Shown: positions 57,465-64,000 of the stretch, in pieces
Layout of the letters: each line of letters opens with the position of its first letter
How positions within the stretch are numbered: position 1 is the stretch's first letter
NCBI GenBank assembly: GCA_965656925.1
Contig: CBFHMO010000001.1
Span: forward strand, 23,243-87,242
Direction of reading: 5' to 3'
Origin: Patiriisocius sp.
GTDB lineage: Bacteria > Bacteroidota > Bacteroidia > Flavobacteriales > Flavobacteriaceae
Length of the DNA stretch: 64,000 nt
The notes under the pieces: generated by a model
Seen by the model: the letters and a program-made list of their open reading frames with translations, nothing else
Databases searched by the model: none
What the model was told of the DNA's origin: nothing
Made by a program: the position numbers and the translations under genes

Positions 57465-59642
57465 ATGCAATTGATGAAAAAGAATTTTAAAGTACTCTTA
57501 TTGGCTGTTTTTGTGGCGGCAGCATCTTGCAGCTTTACCACTAAAAGCTTTGATGATCCAGAGAAAGACAAGCTCTTAATAGATTTGGTAACCTATGTTC
57601 TTGAAAAAGGGCACTATGATGCCCTGCCCATAGATGATGCTTTTTCTATGGCTGTGTACACCAAGTTTATTGACGCAGTAGACCCTATTAAACGCTATTT
57701 TTTAGCGCAAGATATCCAAGAATTTGAACAGTATAAATTACAGATAGACGACCAATTAAAAATGAAAGAATTGTCTTTTTTTAATTTGGTTTACGATCGC
57801 CTGGTACTGCGTATGGAGGAGTCAAAAACACTGTATCAAAACGCGTTAAGCGTTCCTTTTGATTATACAAAAGAGGAAACCATCAATGTAGATTATGATG
57901 CCTCTAGCTATGCAAGCACAAAAAACGAGTTGCAAGCCCGTTGGAGAAAACAATTAAAGTTTTCTACCATCTCTACCTATTATGATTTTCTAGAAGAGAA
58001 GCAAACCGTAGAAAAAAGAAAAGCAGATGCTATAAAACAATCAAAAAAATACATTGCCACGGGTAATGAAGACCTAACAGACACACAATTAGAAGAAAAA
58101 TCTAGAGCCTCTACCCAAACAAACTTAGAGGAGTATTATGATTTTACAGATGATTTGCAACGCAAAGATTATTTTGCCATTTTTTTAACCACAATTGTGG
58201 AGCAGTTTGACCCACACACCAACTATATGGCGCCTCCAGATAAAGATCGTTTTGACCAGCGCATGTCAGGAAAACTTGAAGGTGTTGGGGCTAGACTCCA
58301 AAAAAAGAAAGATTACATTAATGTAATGGAGGTTATAAGTGGCGGTCCTGCTTGGCGTGGTGAACACATCGAGGTAGGAGATGTTTTACTGAAAGTTAGA
58401 CAGCAAGATGAACTGGAGCCAGTTAGTATTGTTGGGATGAGAATTGATGATGCTGTAAAACTAATAAAAGGACCCAAGGGATCAAAGGTAATACTTACTG
58501 TCAAAGGAGTAGACGGGTCAATACGAGAAGAAACAATTACACGTGATGTTGTAGAATTAGAAGAAACCTATGCAAAATCAACTATAATTGATAAACAGGA
58601 CAATACCTACGGGCTTATAAATTTGCCTGCATTTTACTTTAACATGCAAAACTATAAGGAGCGTAATGCCGCTACAGATATTAAAAGAGAAATCCTCAGT
58701 CTCAAAAAAGAGGGGATAGAAGGTTTGGTACTAGATTTAAGAAACAATGGAGGAGGTTCACTTAGAACGGCAGTAGATATTGCAGGTCTTTTCATTAAAG
58801 AGGGTCCCGTTGTGCAAGTTGCAAGTAGTGATGGTTCTAAAGATGTATTAGAGGACGAAGATGCCTCAATTATGTGGGACGGGCCTCTTGTTATTTTAGT
58901 AAACGAACTTTCTGCATCTGCTTCAGAAATTTTGGCTGCTGCCATGCAAGATTACAAAAGGGCTATTGTTATTGGAAGCAAGCAAACCTACGGAAAAGGT
59001 ACGGTTCAAAATGTGGTAGATTTAAATAGGTGGTTGCGTAAAAATGACCAAGGAGATATGGGCGCTTTAAAGCTAACCACCCAAAAGTTTTACAGAGTTA
59101 ACGGAGGGTCTACGCAGTTAGAGGGCGTTAAAAGTGATGTGGTGATGCCAGATAGGTACAGCTATTTTGATGTTGGAGAGCGAGATTATGACAACCCCTT
59201 GCCTTATGATAAAATTACTCCAGCATCCTATGAGCTTTGGGAAGGAGACATAGATTATCTAGCAACCATAAATAAAAGCAAAAAACGAATTGCTCAAAAC
59301 AACCAATTAAGACTTATTGAGCAAAACGCTATGTATATCAAAGAGCGTCGTGACCAAATGGATGTGACACTTAATTTAACTGGATATAGCAAGCAGATAG
59401 ATGAAAATAAGCAGGCTTTAGAGAAATTTGACTCTTTAGACACCTATGATAACAAATTAAGTTATCGCTCACTTCCAGATGAGCTGGTTTTAATGCGTGA
59501 AGACACTACCTTGGTTGAGAAACGTAAAAGATGGCATAAAAACCTGACCAAAGATGTATACCTTGAGGAGGCAATTAGCGTTTTACAAGATTTAAAGCTG
59601 GTAGATATTAAAAATGGGAATCTACCAAAACTGAAAAATTAA
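57465..59642 (+). CDS. prc: Carboxy-terminal processing (tail-specific) protease, S41A
   Basis: DPHT, PDZ GVGA, DLRNNGGG, SASASEI, GKGTVQ. Confidence 0.95.
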   Translation: MQLMKKNFKVLLLAVFVAAASCSFTTKSFDDPEKDKLLIDLVTYVLEKGHYDALPIDDAFSMAVYTKFIDAVDPIKRYFLAQDIQEFEQYKLQIDDQLKMKELSFFNLVYDRLVLRMEESKTLYQNALSVPFDYTKEETINVDYDASSYASTKNELQARWRKQLKFSTISTYYDFLEEKQTVEKRKADAIKQSKKYIATGNEDLTDTQLEEKSRASTQTNLEEYYDFTDDLQRKDYFAIFLTTIVEQFDPHTNYMAPPDKDRFDQRMSGKLEGVGARLQKKKDYINVMEVISGGPAWRGEHIEVGDVLLKVRQQDELEPVSIVGMRIDDAVKLIKGPKGSKVILTVKGVDGSIREETITRDVVELEETYAKSTIIDKQDNTYGLINLPAFYFNMQNYKERNAATDIKREILSLKKEGIEGLVLDLRNNGGGSLRTAVDIAGLFIKEGPVVQVASSDGSKDVLEDEDASIMWDGPLVILVNELSASASEILAAAMQDYKRAIVIGSKQTYGKGTVQNVVDLNRWLRKNDQGDMGALKLTTQKFYRVNGGSTQLEGVKSDVVMPDRYSYFDVGERDYDNPLPYDKITPASYELWEGDIDYLATINKSKKRIAQNNQLRLIEQNAMYIKERRDQMDVTLNLTGYSKQIDENKQALEKFDSLDTYDNKLSYRSLPDELVLMREDTTLVEKRKRWHKNLTKDVYLEEAISVLQDLKLVDIKNGNLPKLKN

Positions 59643-59662
59643 AATTTCATTAACATCTATAC

Positions 59663-59699
59663 AACCTGCTATTATCAAACCGATATAGCAGGTTTTTTT
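59663..59699 (+). terminator. Intrinsic terminator after prc
   Basis: AACCTGCTAT...ATAGCAGGTT followed by a T tract. Confidence 0.8.
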
Positions 59700-59737
59700 C
59701 TGCCTTAAAAGTGGCTAAGTTTTGCTACATTTACCTT

Positions 59738-60838
59738 GTGAAAAAAGCTACCTCATTATCACAATTAGCCTTTCAAAAGTTTTGTAAAAACTTTTGGGGA
59801 ATGCTAAGTGTTGCTTTTTTAACCTTGGCTATTTTAGTGGCAATTTTCGCCTATGCTTTGGCGCCAGATACCAGTGAAAATGCAAATCAAATGCATTTAT
59901 CTATTCATTCTAAAGCGCCAGGATTTACGGTAAAAATGCTTGTTTTACCTGCTGGGTTAGCCCAACAAAATAGCTTTTATACTTTTTTCTTTGGCAGCAA
60001 AAATGCTACCACAGAAATTCCAATAAGTGGCTATAGTGTTTTACAAAATGGTATTTCTATTTCCCAGTACACAGAAGACGGCTCTGGTTTCACAAAAGAT
60101 TTTTTACTTAATAAGTTTCCAAATGTTACCGCATCAAGCCAAATACCAAGTAAATATATTAAAGAACAAACTTTTTTATTAGGCACAGATAAGTATGGCC
60201 GTGACCTGTTAAGTAGGATGTTAATTGGCATACGTATTTCTTTAGCGATCGGTTTTGTAGCGGTATTTATATCACTTATAATAGGAATATCTATGGGCGC
60301 TGTTGCAGGTTATTTTGGCGGAAAAATCGATGCCATTATCATGTGGATTATTAATGTAACCTGGTCTATCCCAACTCTTTTGTTGGTTATTGCCATTACG
60401 CTTGCTCTTGGAAAGGGGTTTTGGCAGGTTTTTATAGCCGTAGGGCTCACCATGTGGGTTGAGGTTGCAAGAGTGGTAAGAGGACAGGTAATGAGTGTAA
60501 AACAAATGCAATATGTTACTGCTGCCAGAGCCTTAGGTTTTACAGATTATAGAATTATCACAAAGCACATACTGCCTAATATTATGGCGCCAGTTATTAT
60601 TATTAGCGCTGCTAATTTTGCAGGTGCAATTCTTATAGAAAGCGGTCTTAGCTTTTTGGGTATTGGAGCCCAGCCTCCAATGCCTAGCTGGGGAGGTATT
60701 ATTAAAGACCATTACAGCTATATTGTTTTGGGTAAGCCTTACCTAGCGATCATTCCTGGGCTAGCTATTATGAGTTTAGTCACCGCATTTATGCTAGTTG
60801 GTAATGCCCTTCGAGATGCACTAGATGTGAAAAATTAA
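59738..60838 (+). CDS. Oligopeptide ABC transporter permease, OppC/DppC-like
   Basis: LGTDKYGRD, EAA-like YVTAARALG, ESGLSFLGIG, PSWG. Start is GTG 59738 (59711 also possible). Confidence 0.88.
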   Translation: MKKATSLSQLAFQKFCKNFWGMLSVAFLTLAILVAIFAYALAPDTSENANQMHLSIHSKAPGFTVKMLVLPAGLAQQNSFYTFFFGSKNATTEIPISGYSVLQNGISISQYTEDGSGFTKDFLLNKFPNVTASSQIPSKYIKEQTFLLGTDKYGRDLLSRMLIGIRISLAIGFVAVFISLIIGISMGAVAGYFGGKIDAIIMWIINVTWSIPTLLLVIAITLALGKGFWQVFIAVGLTMWVEVARVVRGQVMSVKQMQYVTAARALGFTDYRIITKHILPNIMAPVIIISAANFAGAILIESGLSFLGIGAQPPMPSWGGIIKDHYSYIVLGKPYLAIIPGLAIMSLVTAFMLVGNALRDALDVKN

Positions 60839-60843
60839 TACTT

Positions 60844-62106
60844 TTAGGTGTAGTAATAGTTGGAGGCATCAAGCCTTACAAAAATAAAGAGTAAAATAGT
60901 AAAGCCCCACAGCCCAGAGCCTCCATAACTAAAAAAGGGTAGCGGAATCCCCACCGTAGGGAATAACCCTGTTACCATCCCCACATTTATAAAAAAATGA
61001 AAGAAGAGGATAGCTCCCACGCTATAGCCGTATATACGTGCAAATTTACTTTTTTGTTGCTCTGCTAGTACCAGTACTCGTATTATTAAAAAGATAAATA
61101 AAATGACCACCCCTAGGCTACCAATAAAACCCCATTCTTCTCCAACGGTACTAAAAATATAATCTGTGTGTTGCTCTGGAACAAAATTACCTTTGGTCTG
61201 TGTGCCTTGTGTCCAACCTTTGCCAAACCATCCGCCACTTCCAATAGCAATTTCACTTTGGTTGGTGTTGTATCCTATCCCTTTAGTGTCTATTTCTTTT
61301 CCCAGCACTATATTAAATCTGTCTCTGTGGCGCTGTTCAAAAACATTGTTAAATATATAACTCACAGAAAAGGCAAAACTAATACACGCCAAGGCAATGG
61401 TTGCATATTTAAAAACAGATGGTTTTTGCTTTTGTTTTTTGTTTCTAACAAAGATACCAGTGGCTATAAGTGCTACTATAAGTGCAATCCATGGAGCACC
61501 CAAAACCAGGGTTCCTACAAAAAGAGCAGCGGCAAAAAAACCAAGTAATAAGTATACAAAATGGAGCCCTTCTCGATATAGCGGAAAAATAAATGCAACA
61601 TAAATTAAGGCGCTTCCTGGATCTGGCTGCGGAATAATAAATATAGCAGGCAACGCCAAAATAAGAAATGCTTTGAGTTGGTCTTTAAAACCGTTCATGT
61701 TGGTTTGTATGTCACTCACATATTTTGCTAGCGCTAGCGCTGTAGCTGCCTTGGCAAACTCACTAGGTTGTATACTTGCAGGACCAATTAAATACCACGA
61801 TGTGGCACCATTTACATTATTTCCCAGGACATACAGCCCTAGAAGGGTTATTAATGAAACGAGGTAAATTATACTCGAAAACCGTTCATAAAACTTAGCT
61901 TCCAGCGCCAAAATAAATACAATAAGTATAAAGCTAAGGCAAATCCAAAGCAGCTGCTTGGTGTAAATATTGCTAAAGTCAAAAAAACTCCCGCCAGATT
62001 GAGTGTATGATGCAGAATAGATGTTTACCCACCCTATACTTACCAAGGATAAAAATAGCAGGATGATAATCCAATCAAATTTTAATGTGTTTTTTATCCC
62101 TGCCAT
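60844..62106 (-). CDS. rodA: Rod shape-determining SEDS glycosyltransferase RodA
   Basis: IQPSEFAK, QPDPG, AIGSGG, PEQHTDYIF, PFFSYGGS; downstream of mrdA. Confidence 0.96.
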   Translation of the reverse strand: MAGIKNTLKFDWIIILLFLSLVSIGWVNIYSASYTQSGGSFFDFSNIYTKQLLWICLSFILIVFILALEAKFYERFSSIIYLVSLITLLGLYVLGNNVNGATSWYLIGPASIQPSEFAKAATALALAKYVSDIQTNMNGFKDQLKAFLILALPAIFIIPQPDPGSALIYVAFIFPLYREGLHFVYLLLGFFAAALFVGTLVLGAPWIALIVALIATGIFVRNKKQKQKPSVFKYATIALACISFAFSVSYIFNNVFEQRHRDRFNIVLGKEIDTKGIGYNTNQSEIAIGSGGWFGKGWTQGTQTKGNFVPEQHTDYIFSTVGEEWGFIGSLGVVILFIFLIIRVLVLAEQQKSKFARIYGYSVGAILFFHFFINVGMVTGLFPTVGIPLPFFSYGGSGLWGFTILLFIFVRLDASNYYYT

Positions 62107-63971
62107 TATTGGTTGATTTTAAATGGCTTTCCAGCATAAGGTTTGTTGTACTCCTGTTCCAAAGATCCGTTTAAAACAAATGCCTCCAAATCTGTTCTGG
62201 TAATTTCTCCTTTAAGGTACTTTTCTATCATAAGACTGGCAATTCTTCCTGCCCAACGCGCCCCCCAATATCCGTTTTCAACAAAAACAGCAATGGCAAT
62301 TTTTGGGTTGTCTTTAGGAGCAAAGGCAACAAAAACAGAGTGGTCTGTAAGTTGTTTTACACTACCATCAATTTTTTTAAAGTTTTCAGCAGTCCCGGTT
62401 TTTCCGCAAATTTCTATGTCTGGTATTTTTAGAAAAGAAGCTGTTCCATCTCTATATACATCATGCATACCTTCTATAATGGGTTCAAAATACTTGGGGT
62501 CTATAGTGGTTTTGTTTTTGAGTTTAAATTTTTTATTTATGGTATCATGATCTTGTATGTTTTTTATCATGTGAGGGCGTATCCACCAACCTCTATTTGC
62601 AATGGCTGCTGTAAAATTTGCCATCTGTATTGGAGTTAACAATACTTCTCCTTGGCCTATTGCATTTGAGATGGTAGCTGTTGCATACCAGTTGTTGTTT
62701 GGATATTTGGCATCATAGGTTTTTGAATTAGGTATCTTTCCTTTACTACCAACGGGAAGGTCATAGCCAAGGTAATTTCCTAAGCCAAAACTCGTTAAAT
62801 GATTTTTCCAATTATCTATTCCCTTTTGTGGGGTGTTGTATTTTTCAATCACTCGTTTGTAAACAGTACAAAAATAGGTGTTACACGATTTGGCAATTCC
62901 TCCCTGCAAATCTATAGGGCTCTTGTGCTCATGACATCCTAATTTACGTCCTCTTTTTCCGTAATAATATCCTCCCCGACATTCAATTTTTTCATCAAGG
63001 CTTACTACATTTTCTTGCATTGCAATAAGCGCTGTTAGGGTTTTAAATGGAGATCCTGGAGGGTATTCCGCTTTAAGACCTCTGTCAAAAAGTGGGATGG
63101 CTATGGTGTCATAATAAAGTTTGGTGAAATTTTCAGAACGTTCTCTGCCCACTAGCAAGCCTGGATCATAGAAGGGTGCTGTTACCAGAGATAAAATTTC
63201 TCCTGAGGAAGGCTCTATGGCAACAATACCTCCTCGTTTGTTTGTAAATAGTTTTTCTCCATAGGCCTGTAGCGTAGCATCAATGGTTAGGGTGATGTCT
63301 TTTCCGCGTTTTGGGAGTGTGTCAAAAACACCTTCTTTGTAGGTCCCTATATCTCTATTGAATCTATCCTTTTGAATGTATTTTACGCCTTTTGTGCCTC
63401 GTAGAATTTGTTCGTATTGTTTTTCAATACCAGTCATGCCTATTATTTCTCCTAATTCATAGGCAGGGTTTCTGTCAATAATATTTTGATCTACTTCTCT
63501 AATATACCCAAGAACATTTGCTGAGTGCGAAACTTCATAATCTCGTAATGATCTTTTCTGAATAAAAAATCCATGATGCTTATGTATTTTTTCAGAGAGT
63601 GAGGCGAACTCTTGTTTGGTGAGTTGAGGTATAATAGGGGAGGCCAAACGAGGAGAATACCGCTTTGCATTAGAGAGTTTTTTTAGAAATTTTTCTTTAG
63701 AAATATGAAGCAGTTCACAAAATGCCACTGTGTCCAAATCTTTAATCTCTCTTGGAACAACCATTACATCATAAGATGGCTGGTTTTGGACCAATAAGGA
63801 GCCGTTTCTATCAAATATATATCCTCTTTGCGGGAAATCATAGACCGTTTTTACAGCATTATTCTCAGAAAGTTTTGCAAAAGAAGTGTCATAAATTTGC
63901 AAATAAAATAACCTCCCTGTAAATACAAGGGCAGTGACAAGAACAATAAAAAGCAATAAAAACTTTCTCAT
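62106..63971 (-). CDS. mrdA: Penicillin-binding protein 2
   Basis: PGSPFK (SxxK), SCN (SxN), GKTGT; N-terminal TM; operon with rodA. Confidence 0.96.
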   Translation of the reverse strand: MRKFLLLFIVLVTALVFTGRLFYLQIYDTSFAKLSENNAVKTVYDFPQRGYIFDRNGSLLVQNQPSYDVMVVPREIKDLDTVAFCELLHISKEKFLKKLSNAKRYSPRLASPIIPQLTKQEFASLSEKIHKHHGFFIQKRSLRDYEVSHSANVLGYIREVDQNIIDRNPAYELGEIIGMTGIEKQYEQILRGTKGVKYIQKDRFNRDIGTYKEGVFDTLPKRGKDITLTIDATLQAYGEKLFTNKRGGIVAIEPSSGEILSLVTAPFYDPGLLVGRERSENFTKLYYDTIAIPLFDRGLKAEYPPGSPFKTLTALIAMQENVVSLDEKIECRGGYYYGKRGRKLGCHEHKSPIDLQGGIAKSCNTYFCTVYKRVIEKYNTPQKGIDNWKNHLTSFGLGNYLGYDLPVGSKGKIPNSKTYDAKYPNNNWYATATISNAIGQGEVLLTPIQMANFTAAIANRGWWIRPHMIKNIQDHDTINKKFKLKNKTTIDPKYFEPIIEGMHDVYRDGTASFLKIPDIEICGKTGTAENFKKIDGSVKQLTDHSVFVAFAPKDNPKIAIAVFVENGYWGARWAGRIASLMIEKYLKGEITRTDLEAFVLNGSLEQEYNKPYAGKPFKINQ

Positions 63972-64000
63972 TTTATATAACAGTGGTACTCTTTAATTTG

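Noticed and set aside
617-62550. Many short antisense or alternate-frame ORFs in the track (e.g. 617-898, 8915-9232, 11182-11574, 47107-47412, 62143-62550)
   Set aside because: They lie within well-supported genes, have no recognisable motifs and look like shadow ORFs.
63968-64000. 3' end of mreD upstream of mrdA
   Set aside because: Expected from synteny, and an open frame ends at the ATGA overlap, but 33 nt is too little to support a call.
1-64000. CRISPR arrays, rRNA, IS elements, prophage genes
   Set aside because: No regularly spaced direct repeats, rRNA-like segments, transposase or phage motifs seen; intergenic gaps are all short.

Overview
AT-rich, densely coded chromosome segment of a (probably marine) Flavobacteriaceae/Bacteroidota organism, judged from TAnnTTTG promoter boxes, gene content and a flavobacterial-type proteorhodopsin. 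From left to right: VanZ/TonB/lipoprotein; a cytochrome c oxidase accessory operon (ctaB, two subunit-III paralogues, subunit IV, Sco, DUF420); a split MacAB-TolC-type export system; tsaB; mevalonate genes (mvaD, mvk) with a UbiA/DGGGP-synthase-like gene; a nitrilase; an RsuA/RluB-family protein lacking its catalytic Asp; a ~12.7 kb minus-strand arsenosugar-type cluster (AhpD-like, arsS, rhodanese, TIGR04282-like, nucleoside phosphorylase, arsM, DUF547, TIGR04283-like, MerT-like, two GT2, GT-C) interrupted by a TolB-like/M28 peptidase pair; an orphan HTH protein; tRNA-Phe; coaX-OMP-TPR-lptC-CNNM-ppiD; divergent blh/proteorhodopsin next to a GHMP kinase and mvaA; DPP-IV/POT; comEC; lpxB-surE; prc; oppC-like; rodA-mrdA. 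I saw no CRISPR array, transposase or integrase. The strongest lead is the extended arsenosugar cluster: its gene content suggests a route from As(III) to an activated arseno-ribose and a lipid- or surface-linked product. Further leads are the pseudouridine-synthase pseudoenzyme, a fenestrated proteorhodopsin with a palindromic operator, twin ECF-type promoters, and a terminator hidden in the lptC signal peptide. All family calls come from motif recognition by eye, with no database searches.
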